The position numbers and the translations under genes are program-made. A stretch of DNA of 64,000 nt from Candidatus Bathyarchaeota archaeon. GTDB taxonomy: Archaea; Thermoproteota; Bathyarchaeia; Bathyarchaeales; Bathycorpusculaceae. Within the stretch, counting starts at the first letter, position 1; each line of letters opens with the position of its first letter. Where the stretch lies: positions 149,714 through 213,713 of the forward strand of contig CAVYXJ010000009.1 of assembly GCA_963772455.1 (NCBI GenBank). The letters are read 5' to 3'. Of the stretch, positions 8,546 to 20,105 are shown piece by piece. Under the pieces are notes generated by a model, which was given only the letters and a program-made list of their open reading frames with translations, did not search any database and was not told the origin of the DNA.

Positions 8546-10687
8546 TTGTTAGCTCCAAACAATCGCGATTCTGACACAAACAACGCCTTAACCCAAAAAA
8601 AACTTTTAGACAATCCGAGTTATTTTCTTAACAGGGAACTTAGCTGGATAAGATTTAACGGGCGCGTTCTTGAGGAAGCACGTGACATTTGGCATCCTCT
8701 CCTCGAGAGAGTTAAATTCATCGCCATATGTGGCAGCAACCTCGACGAGTTTTTCATGACGCGTGTTGCTCGACTTATAAAAAAAGTCAATGCAGGCTCT
8801 CAAGAAAAATCCATGAATGGAATGAGCTTCATGGAGCAAATTGATGCCACACGCAAAGAAATTCTTCCATTAATTGAAAATCATGCAAAGTGCTGGAAAG
8901 ATGAACTCGTACCTGCCTTAGCTAAAGAACAAATCTACGTTAGAAATTTTAAAGATTTATCAGAAAAAAACAAGACCGACTTGAGAGAGTTCTTCACAGC
9001 GGCAATTGCTCCATCGATTAAAGTCCCCAAATTGGGTTTTGATAGTGGATCAATTGAGAATCTGCATGTAACACTTTACGTATCAGGCTTCCAAAATCAA
9101 CCGGATTTATGCATCTTGCTTGATGTTCCGTCCGAAAAATTTGGTAGACTTATCAGTATCCCAAAAGAAGAGCAAGCAGAAATAGGTAAAGATGCAGAAA
9201 CTGGAGAAGTCTACTTTATTTTGTTGGAAGATTTAATCATCAATAATTTGGATATAATTTTTCCTTCGGAAAAAAACCTCACGGCATATTCATTCAGATT
9301 GACACGCAACGGAGAAATAGATATCCTAATGGACGAATCTGCGGATTTCATTAAATCCGTACAAAAAAGTCTCTCAACACGAAAAGCCGGATTTCCCACA
9401 AGACTTGAATTTGACAAGAAAACACCCTACTCCATAAAACAAGCAATAACCAAAAAAGTGGGCTTGCCTGATTACTTAACATACGAGTTTGATGGACCAC
9501 TGGGACTAGTTGACCTATGGCAATTGCTAAAAATAAACCGCTCCGACCTCAAAGACAAAAGCTTTTTCCCATGCATCTCGCCGCTGGTTATTTCTGATAA
9601 AAACATTTTTGAAACCATCTCTAAACAAGACTTCGTCCTCTACCACCCATACGATGGCTTTGATGTAATAATTGACCTATTAAGGGAAGCATCTATAGAG
9701 AGTTATGTTTCAGAAATTTGCATAACAATGTATAGAATGGACCATAAATCACCGATTGTTGATGCATTGATTGAAGCAGTCCGCAATGGCAAAAAAGTCA
9801 CTGCCATAGTTGAATTAAAGGCCAAATTTGACGAAGAAAACAACATCCTTCTAGTTGCAAAACTGCGAAGCGGGGGCGTAAACACTGTTTACAACTTCCC
9901 AAATTTTAAGGTACATGCAAAACTATGTCTAATCACCAGAAGAGAAAATAAAGATGTAACCCGGTATTCGCACATTGGGTCAGGTAACTATAATGCGGTT
10001 ACAGCGAAAATTTACGGCGACATCGGTTACCTTACCGCAAACCCCGAAATAGGGTTAGAACTTGAAGACCTATTCCACGCAATAATTAACGGGGTTCAAG
10101 AAAAAGAAACCAAACATCTGCTTGTGGCTCCGAAAACTTTGAAGCGAGAAATTCTCAGGCGAATAGATAGGGAAATAAGTGTTCACCAGAAAACGGGCAG
10201 GGGCTACTTAGCCTTTAAGCTCAACAACCTTGAGGAAAAAGAAATTATTCAAGCACTATACAAGGCGTCGATAGCGGGAATCAAGATTGATCTTAACGTC
10301 AGAGGTTTATGTTGTTTAAAACCGGGAATTCCTGGTGTAAGTGACAATATTTCAGTTATTTCTATAGTAGGACGCTTCTTGGAACATGCTCGAATCTATT
10401 ATTTCCGCGATGATGCTGAAAATGAAGTGCTGATAGGAAGCTCTGATTTAATGTTTAGAAACCTCAACGAACGAATCGAAGTTCTCCTTTCGGTGCCAGA
10501 CCCATATCTGCGGCAAGCAATCCTTGAAAACATGCTTAAAATTTCCCTTCAAGACAATGTTAAGGCAAGAAGATTGCTACCCGATGGGACATATGAAAGA
10601 GTTGCAGTTAAACAGGGCAAAGAAGTCATCAATTCTCAAGTTTGGCTAATTAAGAACAGAGGCATTTGGAATGAACGCGACCATTAA
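8546..10687 (+). CDS. ppk1: Polyphosphate kinase 1
   Basis: NRELSW, SNLDEFFMTRVA, YHPY, ELKAKFDEENN, KVHAK (autophosphorylated His) and RFLEHARI. Confidence 0.97.
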   Translation: MLAPNNRDSDTNNALTQKKLLDNPSYFLNRELSWIRFNGRVLEEARDIWHPLLERVKFIAICGSNLDEFFMTRVARLIKKVNAGSQEKSMNGMSFMEQIDATRKEILPLIENHAKCWKDELVPALAKEQIYVRNFKDLSEKNKTDLREFFTAAIAPSIKVPKLGFDSGSIENLHVTLYVSGFQNQPDLCILLDVPSEKFGRLISIPKEEQAEIGKDAETGEVYFILLEDLIINNLDIIFPSEKNLTAYSFRLTRNGEIDILMDESADFIKSVQKSLSTRKAGFPTRLEFDKKTPYSIKQAITKKVGLPDYLTYEFDGPLGLVDLWQLLKINRSDLKDKSFFPCISPLVISDKNIFETISKQDFVLYHPYDGFDVIIDLLREASIESYVSEICITMYRMDHKSPIVDALIEAVRNGKKVTAIVELKAKFDEENNILLVAKLRSGGVNTVYNFPNFKVHAKLCLITRRENKDVTRYSHIGSGNYNAVTAKIYGDIGYLTANPEIGLELEDLFHAIINGVQEKETKHLLVAPKTLKREILRRIDREISVHQKTGRGYLAFKLNNLEEKEIIQALYKASIAGIKIDLNVRGLCCLKPGIPGVSDNISVISIVGRFLEHARIYYFRDDAENEVLIGSSDLMFRNLNERIEVLLSVPDPYLRQAILENMLKISLQDNVKARRLLPDGTYERVAVKQGKEVINSQVWLIKNRGIWNERDH

Positions 10688-13023
10688 GGGTCAAACATGC
10701 CAAAGAGATAGAAGTTACTGCAAATTTGGCGCCAAAGCGCTTCAAAAACTTCTCGCAGTTTTCGAAATCCAAATCGATGGAGTAATTAAAAGTGACGACA
10801 TCGAATATGTTCATAAAACGCGAGTCACATCTCGAAGGCTAAGAGCCGCAATGCCTCTTTTCAAAGTATGCTTGCCCAGAAAAAAGTACAAAGAGTGTTT
10901 ACGCGAGATCAAGAAAGTCACGCGATTGCTTGGCGACGCTAGAGACCTTGATGTGCAAATAGTCTTTGTAGAGCAATACATGAACAAACTGAATTCTGCA
11001 GTCGAGAAAGAAGGCATTGCTTTACTGCTTAATGCTCATAAAGATCGCAGAAAGAGTATTCAACCAGCAATCATTTGTGGATTGGAGGACCTGAAAGCAA
11101 CCGGCGTTTTAAGGGACCTTGACAAGTTTTGTGAAAAAACTATAATAGAGCCATCAAAGGCCTTTGATCCCGAAAAAGTTTTAGAAAAAGCATTCTGGCA
11201 CATATCGTTTAAGTTAGACGATTTCTTGGCATTGGAAAACTGGGTTCACTCGGAAAACGAAGTTCAAAAGCACCATGAAATGAGAATACACGCAAAGAAA
11301 CTCCGTTACACTTTGGAATCATTCGCGTCTTTATACAAAAATAAACTTCTTGAAGAAATAGAAACAATCAAAGCTTTTCAAGATTTATTGGGCGAAGTGC
11401 ATGACTGCGACGTCTGGACAGAATACATACCCAAATTCATACAAAAGACAAACGTCAAAAACAAGTCCAAACAGAAGAAAAAAGCAGGTTCAACGGAAGC
11501 TGAAAATGCACTTTTGAGCTTTCTAAACTACGTGACGGAAAGAAGAAAGGAAAATTACCTGAAATTTGTTCATTTATGGGATGAAAACAAAAAGAAAACC
11601 TTTTTTGTTCAATTCAGGAAGAGTATTAGTTTAGTTGTCACTGATAAAGACAAAATAAAACGTGTTCTTGCTAATCCCGATGTAAAAATCGCTGTTTTGG
11701 CTGATGTTCACGCCAATCTGCACGCATTGAAAAGAGTCATGAAGGATGGCGAAGAACGAGGAGTTGACGTTTATCTAAATGCAGGTGACTCGATAGGTTT
11801 TGGTCCTTGTCCAAATGAAGCCATAGAGCTGTTATGTAAGAAAAATGTGCTGAGTATTCTTGGGAACTATGACCTTGAGGTTATTGAGGGTAAAGTTAAG
11901 ACTAAAGCCGAAAAAAACCTTGCATTGAAATTTGCCAGAGAGGAGTTGGCAAAATCCTGCGAACTTTACCTTTATTCCTTGCCACGTACACTTAGGCTTG
12001 AAGTGGCAGGCAAAAAACTGCTTATGGCACATGGAAGCCCCGAGTCGATCGAAGAGCACATCTATCATGACACGCCTGTTAAGCGGCTCAAAATCCTCGC
12101 CGAAGCGGCGAAATCTGATTTAATTATTGTTGGACATTCGCATGAGCAATTCTGGCATGCAAGCAAATGACGCTATCTTTGTCAATCCTGGAAGTGTTGG
12201 AAGAACTAGCGATGGAAACCCTCAAGCCGCTTATGCTGTTTTAAGTTTTAATCCCTTTAAAGTTGAGTTGATTCGGCTGGATTATAACGTTAAGGGCACT
12301 GTAAATTCGATTAGAAAAAAGGGTTTGCCTGAAAGTTTCGCTCAAATGCTGCTTCGCGGCGTGTCTTTGGATACCATAATAAAAGAGGATCAAACCAAAA
12401 AGAACCAAATGGTTGACGATTGCAAAGCAACAGTGCAGGTTTGCCAGGATATTTCAACTAAATATTGGCCTGATACTAACCATTTCCAACAGGTTAGGAA
12501 ACTTGCGTTGGGTTTCTTCGACGGGTTAATTAAGCTTCACCATTTGGGTATACGTGAAAGATGCTGGCTTGAATGCGCCGCTGTTCTCCATGATGTTGGC
12601 TTATCCAAATCCGGAGGAGACCACCACAAAAAATCAGCCAAACTAATTCTAAACGACACGCAATTGCCCTTTACTTCGCAGGAAAGAAGAATAATATCAA
12701 GCATCGCCAGGTATCACCGCAAGGGGTTGCCCGAACAAACACATTACAACCTCAAATCTTTTGACCGCGCAACTATTCATAAAGTGAAAGTTCTGGCTAG
12801 CCTCCTTCGCATAGCAGATGGCTTGGATTACTCTCATCGATCAGTCGTGGAAGTTTTAATAGTCAAGATGGGTACAAAGAGAATAACTGTTGAATGCATG
12901 TTCAAAACGAAATCTATCCTCGAAGAGCAGGCTTTTAATAAGAAGAAAGATTTGTTTGAAAAGGTCTTCGCTAAGAAAATGGTGCTGATATGGAAGGAAC
13001 CGTCAAAACCGCTGGACACGTAG
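10671..13023 (+). CDS. CHAD + metallophosphoesterase + HD-domain fusion protein (frameshift near 12160)
   Basis: CHAD: HKTRVTSRRLR, RDLDV, HEMRIHAKKLRY. Metallophosphoesterase: DVHAN, GD, GNYD, HGSP, GHSH, then NPGSVG in the next frame. HD: LHDVG, HH, RYH, AD. Confidence 0.85.
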
Positions 13024-14570
13024 TTGGGTTTGTGGACATCGGTACAAATGCAGTGCGCCTTTTAGTGGTAAGGATAAACCCCAATTTCTCATATACTACC
13101 ATTAGTCAAGAAAAAGAAGTTGTCAGGCTTGGCGAAGAAGAATTTAAAGATAACATTCTTAAACCCGAAGCGATGGAACGCGCAATTTTTGTGTGTGGAA
13201 AATTTGCTAGCCTAGCCAAAACTTATGGAGCCTCTGAAATAATAGCAGTGGGAACCTCTGCTATTCGGGAAGCACAAAACCAACGCGAGTTTCTGGAAAA
13301 ACTTCACAACGAAACGGGACTTAACGTTAAAGTTATTTCGGGACAAGAAGAAGCTAGACTAATTTGCGTAGGCGTATCAAGCGGAATAGATATCGGGGAA
13401 GAAAAATCTATTTTTATAGATTTGGGCGGGGGCAGCACCGAAATTGCCGTCGGCAATCAACATGAATGCTTTTCTTTGGATAGCCTCAGGCTAGGGGCAA
13501 TTAGGTTAACTGCTCAGTTCATTGGTGAAGGCTGGACTGGTCGAGTTGAAAACAGCATTTACAAGCATATAAGACAATACGCTTGCAGCAAAATTCATCC
13601 TTTAAAAGCGAAGGTTCAGGAATACGGTGCTAGACGTGCATGGGGATCTTCAGGGACAATGATAAACTTGGCTGAAATCTCAAACAAGCTTTTCAAAAAG
13701 AACGGAAATGAAGGCGGACTCACTTTGTCGAGGAAAAACTTGAAAAAGTTGGCGCCGATTCTCTGCTCTTTGCCCCTTGAAGAAAGAAAAAAGTTGCCCG
13801 CAATTAACCCAGATCGAGCTGATATAATAATTGCTGGTGCAGCCGTCGTTGAAGCCATAATGGAGGAGTTTGGACTTGAGGAAATCTGCGTTAGTCACCG
13901 AGAACTTCGCGATGGACTACTTGCTGAGTATCTCTCGAATTTTGAGGGTTTCCGGGAACTACAAAAGTCACCTATGAGAAACAGGAGTATTCTGCATTTA
14001 GGCAGATCATGCAACTTCGACGAGAAACATTCTGAAACCGTGGCTTCTTTGGCATTGCAGCTCTTCGATAGCGCAAAACAAATTGGTCTACACAACCTTG
14101 GTGACACAGAGAAAGAACTCTTAAAGAATGCTGCAACTTTGCATGACGTTGGCGATTTCCTTTCATTTAATGATCACCAACTGCATTCTCACTACATAAT
14201 AAGCAACGCCGAACTCCTCGGCTTTGATAAAAAGGAAATTCAAATAATGGCTAACATCGCGCGTTTCCATAGAAAAAAGTTGCCATCAAAAAAAACTTTG
14301 AAAACCACAGGATTAGACGAAAAAACAAATCACACTATTGCAGTTCTATCTACGTTTCTTCGATTTGCAGAAAAGCTTGACCGAAGTCATTGTTGCCTTG
14401 TAAAGAAAGCGGAATTTATTAAAGAAAATAAAGATCTAGTAATACTTGAGTTTTACTCAGACTCAGACTGCAGTCTAGAAGAATGGAGCATTTTTCAGAA
14501 TCGGCAAGCGTTCTTTGAAGCCTTCGGAAAGCAACTAGAAGCACATTGTATATTTTCGCCAAGTCCATAG
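12990..14570 (+). CDS. ppx: Exopolyphosphatase Ppx/GppA with C-terminal HD domain
   Basis: DIGTNAVRL, TSAIREA, ISGQEEA, DLGGGSTE, RADII, LRDGL and LHDVG. Confidence 0.95.
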   Translation: MEGTVKTAGHVVGFVDIGTNAVRLLVVRINPNFSYTTISQEKEVVRLGEEEFKDNILKPEAMERAIFVCGKFASLAKTYGASEIIAVGTSAIREAQNQREFLEKLHNETGLNVKVISGQEEARLICVGVSSGIDIGEEKSIFIDLGGGSTEIAVGNQHECFSLDSLRLGAIRLTAQFIGEGWTGRVENSIYKHIRQYACSKIHPLKAKVQEYGARRAWGSSGTMINLAEISNKLFKKNGNEGGLTLSRKNLKKLAPILCSLPLEERKKLPAINPDRADIIIAGAAVVEAIMEEFGLEEICVSHRELRDGLLAEYLSNFEGFRELQKSPMRNRSILHLGRSCNFDEKHSETVASLALQLFDSAKQIGLHNLGDTEKELLKNAATLHDVGDFLSFNDHQLHSHYIISNAELLGFDKKEIQIMANIARFHRKKLPSKKTLKTTGLDEKTNHTIAVLSTFLRFAEKLDRSHCCLVKKAEFIKENKDLVILEFYSDSDCSLEEWSIFQNRQAFFEAFGKQLEAHCIFSPSP

Positions 14571-14586
14571 TTAAAGTTGGAAACGC

Positions 14587-15489
14587 TTATTCTTTTTCTA
14601 ATTCAGCTTTTGCTTTTTCCAAAGCTGTACATTCTTCTTTGCTTAAAACGGGATATTTCAGATCTAGTTTTTTGATTTGTGAAAGAATAATCTCAGAAAC
14701 CGACGCGTGAGCGACCCATTTCTTGTTGGCAGGAATAATGTACCATGGTGCCCAATCCGTGCTTGTTTTAGTAAGTAAATCTTCATAGGCCTTCATGTAA
14801 TCGGACCATTTTTGCCGTTCGGAAAGATCTGTTAGGGAAAATTTCCATTCTTTATCATGGTTGTCAAGGCGTTCAAGCAAGCGTTGTTTCTGTTCTTTTT
14901 TTGAAACGTTTAGGAAGAATTTCAAAATTACGGTGCCGTTTCTAACTAAGTGCCGTTCGAACATGTTTATGTCTTCGTAGCGTTGATTCCAGAAAAGTTT
15001 GTCGTTCTTTTCGATATGGAATTTCTGTTTTTCCAAGATTTCAGGTCGAACCTTAACTATTAGAACATCCTCGTAGTATGACCTGTTGAAAATTCCTATA
15101 CTTCCCCGTTCTGGAAGAGCTTTTGCATGTCGCCAAAGGAAATCGTGATCCAGCTCCTCTTCTGATGGAGTTTTGAAGCTTTTGACTTGGCATCCTTGCG
15201 GATTAACTCCTGACATTACATGCCTAATTGTGCTATCTTTTCCTGCAGCATCCATTCCTTGAAGAATAATCAACATTGAATAAGTATCGCTTGCCCAAAA
15301 TAATTCCTGCCAATCAATCAGTTTTTGCCTGTTTGAGTCCAATAGCTTTAAGGCTTGTTCTTTAGCAGCTTTTTTGCCTTCTTTTTCTTCTTGTTTCTTA
15401 GACCATTTTGGAATCCAATCCGGATCGTAATCTTTCAAATCAATTATTTTACCAATAGGCACCTTGAAATCTTCTGTGTCCATTGACAT
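14587..15489 (-). CDS. ppk2: Polyphosphate kinase 2, class III-like
   Basis: Walker A QGMDAAGKDS; FNRSYYEDV (Glu typical of class III); WKF and APWYIIPA. Confidence 0.93.
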   Translation of the reverse strand: MSMDTEDFKVPIGKIIDLKDYDPDWIPKWSKKQEEKEGKKAAKEQALKLLDSNRQKLIDWQELFWASDTYSMLIILQGMDAAGKDSTIRHVMSGVNPQGCQVKSFKTPSEEELDHDFLWRHAKALPERGSIGIFNRSYYEDVLIVKVRPEILEKQKFHIEKNDKLFWNQRYEDINMFERHLVRNGTVILKFFLNVSKKEQKQRLLERLDNHDKEWKFSLTDLSERQKWSDYMKAYEDLLTKTSTDWAPWYIIPANKKWVAHASVSEIILSQIKKLDLKYPVLSKEECTALEKAKAELEKE

Positions 15490-15619
15490 ACAAAACTAAC
15501 TCAATGAGAGTATACAGCAGGCACTTAATATTAGCTACGGCGAGGGTGTTTTGAATACTCAAGAGCCAAACTGGATAAGCCCACAATGTTTTCTCGTAGA
15601 ATTCAATTAGGCTAAATCG

Positions 15620-16264
15620 TTAGCCTAAAGCTACTTTCTCACCAGTTACAATGTAAATTATTGATTCACATATGTAGGTAGCGTGGTCAGCAATTCGTTC
15701 TAGGTACCTTGTCATTAAGGCGCTGGATAACATGCATTTACTATTTGGGTATTCTGCATTGATTAATTTGTTTAGATATTCGAAGTACATTTTGTCTACA
15801 TACCGTTCAGATTCTGAAATTGTTTTGGCCAAAATAATATCTTGTTTTTTAAGTGAATCTATACTTAATTTGACCATTGTTAGGACATTTTCACTCATTT
15901 CATTTATGTAATCTCTTGTCCAGTCTTCGCATTGTGTTAATCCACATAATTGGTCATTAATTATGGATATGTCAAGGGCGTATCTTCCGAATCTTGCGAA
16001 GTCGTTGCCTATTTTCATGTATGATTTTATAGTTCTCAGATCTATAGCGACAGGTTGGAAACGGGCTATTAAATGGAAACTTTGATCTTCAACTTTTTCA
16101 GACATCGAAAGGAGAATGTCTGATAGCTCCTTTACTTGTGCTTGAACACTTTTTCCTTCGAGGTATCCATGTATTGATAAGGCTAGGGTTTCGTATGTTA
16201 ACTCGCCCATTCTTACTATTAGAACTGATTGATCTTCTAATCCGCGATCGATTATTCTGCTCAT
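15620..16264 (-). CDS. phoU: Phosphate signalling protein PhoU
   Basis: QPVAIDLR and ERIADHATYI motifs; follows pstB. Confidence 0.92.
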   Translation of the reverse strand: MSRIIDRGLEDQSVLIVRMGELTYETLALSIHGYLEGKSVQAQVKELSDILLSMSEKVEDQSFHLIARFQPVAIDLRTIKSYMKIGNDFARFGRYALDISIINDQLCGLTQCEDWTRDYINEMSENVLTMVKLSIDSLKKQDIILAKTISESERYVDKMYFEYLNKLINAEYPNSKCMLSSALMTRYLERIADHATYICESIIYIVTGEKVALG

Positions 16265-16275
16265 GTTTATCTCTC

Positions 16276-17073
16276 CTATCCGAACTCTCCAGTTATGTAT
16301 TTTTCTGTTAATGGGTTCTTTGGGGATTCAAAAATATCTGTGGTTAGTCCAAACTCGATTAGAGATCCAAGATACATGAAGGCTGTGAAATCAGAGACTC
16401 GCGACGCTTGTTGCATATTATGAGTAACTATAGCAACGGTATAGTCACGTTTAAGTTCAACTACTAATCGCTCAATCTTAGCTGTGGCAATCGGATCTAA
16501 GGCAGAACATGGTTCATCCATCAATATGACTTCAGGCTGCAAGGCAATCGCCCGTGCTATACATAATCGCTGTTGTTGTCCTCCTGAAATGCTTGTGCCT
16601 GGCTTATGTAAATCATCCTTTACCTCTTCCCAAAGAGTTGCCCGCTCAAGACTTTGCTTGACCACCTCATCAAGGTTCTTGCCTTTCTTGGTTCCAGTCA
16701 ATCTTAAGCCTGCGGCTACATTGTCGTATATAGACATTGTTGGGAATGGATTTGGTTTTTGGAAAACCATTCCTACTCTTCGCCGTATTTGAACCGGATC
16801 CACTTGTTTATCGTAGATGTTTTGACCGTCAAGCAACACTTGACCAGTCATTTTGGCGTTTGGTGTCAATTCATGCATTCTGTTTAAGCATCGTATGAAA
16901 GTGGATTTACCGCATCCTGAAGGACCAATTATTGCTGTCACAGAGTTGGTTTTGATTCCTATGTTTACGTTTTTTAAGGCTTGTTTTTGTCCAAACCAAG
17001 CGTTCAAATCTATACTCTGCATTTTCATGTCTGAGTCAACGGTTTTTGTTTGATCATTATTTGTGCTCGTCAT
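16276..17073 (-). CDS. pstB: Phosphate ABC transporter ATPase
   Basis: [29 protein letters not shown] and DEPCSALDP. Confidence 0.97.
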   Translation of the reverse strand: MTSTNNDQTKTVDSDMKMQSIDLNAWFGQKQALKNVNIGIKTNSVTAIIGPSGCGKSTFIRCLNRMHELTPNAKMTGQVLLDGQNIYDKQVDPVQIRRRVGMVFQKPNPFPTMSIYDNVAAGLRLTGTKKGKNLDEVVKQSLERATLWEEVKDDLHKPGTSISGGQQQRLCIARAIALQPEVILMDEPCSALDPIATAKIERLVVELKRDYTVAIVTHNMQQASRVSDFTAFMYLGSLIEFGLTTDIFESPKNPLTEKYITGEFG

Positions 17074-17900
17074 CTTTTGAGTCTACCTCTACTCGCTAAT
17101 CTAACAATTATGTTTAGGCTTAACACCATCAATATCAAAATTAGTGCTGCTCCCCAACCTTGCGCCTGCAAACTAGCCTGTGGCTGAAGGGAGTCACGCC
17201 AGATTTCAAGGGGGAGGGAAGCCATTGGTTGGTTTAGACCTTGGAAGAAGTATCTGTTACCCAAAATAGTCATGATTAATGGAGCAGTTTCTCCAGCGAT
17301 CCTTGCGACGGCAAGAAGTGTTCCAGTCAATAATCCTGCTTTAGCTGTGGGTAAAACAACGCTTAGAGTTGTTCGCCATTTATGAGCACCAAGTGCCAAT
17401 GAAGCTTCGCGAACGCTATTTGGAACAAGTTTGAGTGATTCTTCAGTTGTTCGTGCAACAATCGGGATTAGGATAAATGACAGCGCTATGGCTCCAGCGA
17501 TGGCCGAATAATGCCCTATGATTGCAATGACTATTACGCCGTAAGCTGTTATTCCAACAACTATAGACGGAAACTCGGTTAAGACATCGTTAATTGAGCT
17601 CAAGGCGGTTGCATACTTATTGTTACCGAATTCGGCAAGATAAACGCCTGAGAGTATACCTACTGGAATGCCTATAATACTTGTTAAACCAATCAAGATG
17701 AGGGTGCCTTGGATAGCGGGTCCGATTCCTCCGGAAGAATTGTCGTTTATTAAGAAACCAATGCTGAGTTGAGGAACACCCCTTATAATAACTTCCCATA
17801 GAATGCTGATCAGCGGGGTCACAGCTAAAACTACGCATATAGCGCAAAGAACAAAGAATAGGCGGTTTTTTAATTTTCGGAAGCTGTAATTGGAGATTAT
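17070..17900 (-). CDS. pstA: Phosphate ABC transporter permease PstA (probable ATA start at 17900)
   Basis: [16 protein letters not shown] and ARIAGETAP; the frame stays open 26 codons upstream of the listed GTG and encodes the first TM helix. Confidence 0.93.
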   Translation of the reverse strand: MISNYSFRKLKNRLFFVLCAICVVLAVTPLISILWEVIIRGVPQLSIGFLINDNSSGGIGPAIQGTLILIGLTSIIGIPVGILSGVYLAEFGNNKYATALSSINDVLTEFPSIVVGITAYGVIVIAIIGHYSAIAGAIALSFILIPIVARTTEESLKLVPNSVREASLALGAHKWRTTLSVVLPTAKAGLLTGTLLAVARIAGETAPLIMTILGNRYFFQGLNQPMASLPLEIWRDSLQPQASLQAQGWGAALILILMVLSLNIIVRLASRGRLKR

Positions 17901-18886
17901 TCGATTGCGCCTCCTTTAACTTTCAACACTCGGTGTACTAAAATGCCTGCGCCAAGGTTGATACCTAAGCTTATTATCAGAAGAATTAAACCGACGCCTA
18001 TGTAAGCAGAAACCTGTAAGGTACCTGTCGCTTCAAGAAAACCATTAGCTATAAGTGAAGCCATGGTTTGGCTTGGTTTAAAAAGCGATGTGGGGATAGC
18101 TGCTGGACCAGTTGCGTTGCCTATAAGCATTGCAACAGCCATTGTTTCTCCTATTGCTCTACCTAAACCGAGGATTACTGCTCCAAAGATTCCTGAGCGT
18201 CCATAACTTATTACCCAATAACGAATTACTTCCCATTTTGTTGCTCCAATGCTGTAGGCGCCTTCGCGGATGCTATTTGGAACTGCGCTTATGACTTCTT
18301 TTGAAATGGATGCTACAGTTGGAATTATCATAACAGCTAAGATTACTCCAGCAGTGAAGATATCCAATCCAAAAGGTGTTCCACTAAAAATCGGAATCCA
18401 GCCAAGGTAAGTAGATAATGGTTTTTCTATGTAATCAAGAATCCAAAAACGAAAAATAAACAAACCCCAAAGACCATAAATCACGCTTGGAACGGCTGCC
18501 AATAACTCAACTAGATAGCCAATAGGAACTCTTAGTGTTCTGGGCGACATCTCTACGAGAAAAATTGCGATACCTAAACTCAAAGGAACCCCGATGAGAA
18601 GCGCGATACCTGAAGTGACAAGTGTACCCATCACATAAGGAAGCGCTCCATAGATTTCTCTGCCTTCCACGGGATTCCAGGCGCTACCAAAGAAAAAGTT
18701 TGCACCAAACTTTTGTATTACTGGTACGGAACCTGTTGTAAGAACATAAGCTGTAACTATTAGAATTATGATTGCTGAAGCTGCCACTATTGCAGCAAGA
18801 TTTTTGAAAAGAAAGTCGCCTGATAATTTTGATCTTATTTTTGTAAAAAACTTGAGGAGGTGGAGCTGTTTCAGAGCGTTATCCAC
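17897..18886 (-). CDS. pstC: Phosphate ABC transporter permease PstC
   Basis: ELLAAVPSVIYGLWG and GRAIGETMAV. Confidence 0.96.
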   Translation of the reverse strand: MDNALKQLHLLKFFTKIRSKLSGDFLFKNLAAIVAASAIIILIVTAYVLTTGSVPVIQKFGANFFFGSAWNPVEGREIYGALPYVMGTLVTSGIALLIGVPLSLGIAIFLVEMSPRTLRVPIGYLVELLAAVPSVIYGLWGLFIFRFWILDYIEKPLSTYLGWIPIFSGTPFGLDIFTAGVILAVMIIPTVASISKEVISAVPNSIREGAYSIGATKWEVIRYWVISYGRSGIFGAVILGLGRAIGETMAVAMLIGNATGPAAIPTSLFKPSQTMASLIANGFLEATGTLQVSAYIGVGLILLIISLGINLGAGILVHRVLKVKGGAIE

Positions 18887-18887
18887 C

Positions 18888-20006
18888 TTAAGTTGTTGGA
18901 AGTTGGTGTCCGTCGAATGTTATAGATTGAATAGTTACTTCGTCGATTTGCACGACGTTTGATGGCAGTTTTGCATAAGAGAGTTGTGGAGCCAAGTTTT
19001 GACCTTCATGTGTAACGTACCAGAGGAATTGAACGAGTGCTGTTGCTTTTTCTTGTGTCATGTCAGACAGTACATTGAGCTCTTTGTAACACAGCAAGTA
19101 AGTGAAACTGACAATGGGGTACGCGTTTGCGTCTGGAGCATTAAGTAAGCTTACGTTGATCCAACTTGCATCACCTGCAGGTAAACCGCTTGAGGCACCA
19201 GATTGAACAGCTAACTGCGTTGAATCTAATGATGGTTGAACATAATTTCCAGCTGGATTTTGAATTGCTGCAACTGTCATTCCATTTTCAAGTATGTAGG
19301 CTAATTCAACATAACCTATTGAATATTGTATACCTTGCACAGATGAAGCAACTCCTGTATTGCCATTTGAACCTGATCCGACTGGCCACGCTACTGATTT
19401 GCCTTGTCCAATTGAACTGTTCCAGGTTGTGCTTGATTCGCTTAGGTATCCTGTGAATATGAAAGTTGTTCCTGAACCGTCTGAACGATGCACTGTATTG
19501 ATCGCTTGTGCTGGAAGGGTAATAGTTGGATTGATAGATTGGATTGCGGGGTCATTCCAAACGGTTATTGTTCCTTGATAGATGTCAGCTATGATTTTGC
19601 CAGTTAAATGAAGACCTGAAACAATACCAGGTAAATTATACGCGACTGTTACTGCACCTATTGTTTCTGGAATATGCAATGCATTCGGAATATTTGCCGA
19701 ATCTGAAGCACTAAGTGGTGCATCAGAAGCTGCAAAATCAACGGTTGGCGTTGGTTGTTTGTAAGCGGATATTCCGCCTCCACTACCAATTGATTGATAA
19801 TTTATTTGTACATTGGGTTTCACATTTGCTGTATAGTTCTTTATCATTGAGTCGAGAAGCGGATAAGGGAATGTTGCTCCAGCGCCCTGTAGGATTATTT
19901 TTGCAGATGGGGCAGTGGGTTGTGAGAGGTATACATAGGCTGCAATTGAACCAATTATTATGACGATTGCAACAATTGCGATTATGATTCCGTATTTAGT
20001 ATTCAT
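18888..20006 (-). CDS. pstS: Phosphate-binding protein PstS
   Basis: GAGATFP, GSGGG, RSDGSGTT and YPI motifs; N-terminal membrane anchor. Confidence 0.96.
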   Translation of the reverse strand: MNTKYGIIIAIVAIVIIIGSIAAYVYLSQPTAPSAKIILQGAGATFPYPLLDSMIKNYTANVKPNVQINYQSIGSGGGISAYKQPTPTVDFAASDAPLSASDSANIPNALHIPETIGAVTVAYNLPGIVSGLHLTGKIIADIYQGTITVWNDPAIQSINPTITLPAQAINTVHRSDGSGTTFIFTGYLSESSTTWNSSIGQGKSVAWPVGSGSNGNTGVASSVQGIQYSIGYVELAYILENGMTVAAIQNPAGNYVQPSLDSTQLAVQSGASSGLPAGDASWINVSLLNAPDANAYPIVSFTYLLCYKELNVLSDMTQEKATALVQFLWYVTHEGQNLAPQLSYAKLPSNVVQIDEVTIQSITFDGHQLPTT

Positions 20007-20105
20007 ATTTCCTTTCCTCGTTTTTATATTACTAAATCATGTAAAGCTTTTATATAGTAGATCGATATAAAAATCATAATCTATATAGATCTAACTAATA
20101 TTGAC

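Noticed and set aside
12150-12175. Programmed frameshift in the CHAD fusion
   Set aside because: No slippery heptamer or stimulatory structure, and many similar indels occur elsewhere.
15535-15628. Imperfect G-T-rich hairpin and a 9-bp inverted repeat at the phoU stop
   Set aside because: Strand signals are mixed and part overlaps coding sequence; at most a terminator or processing stem.
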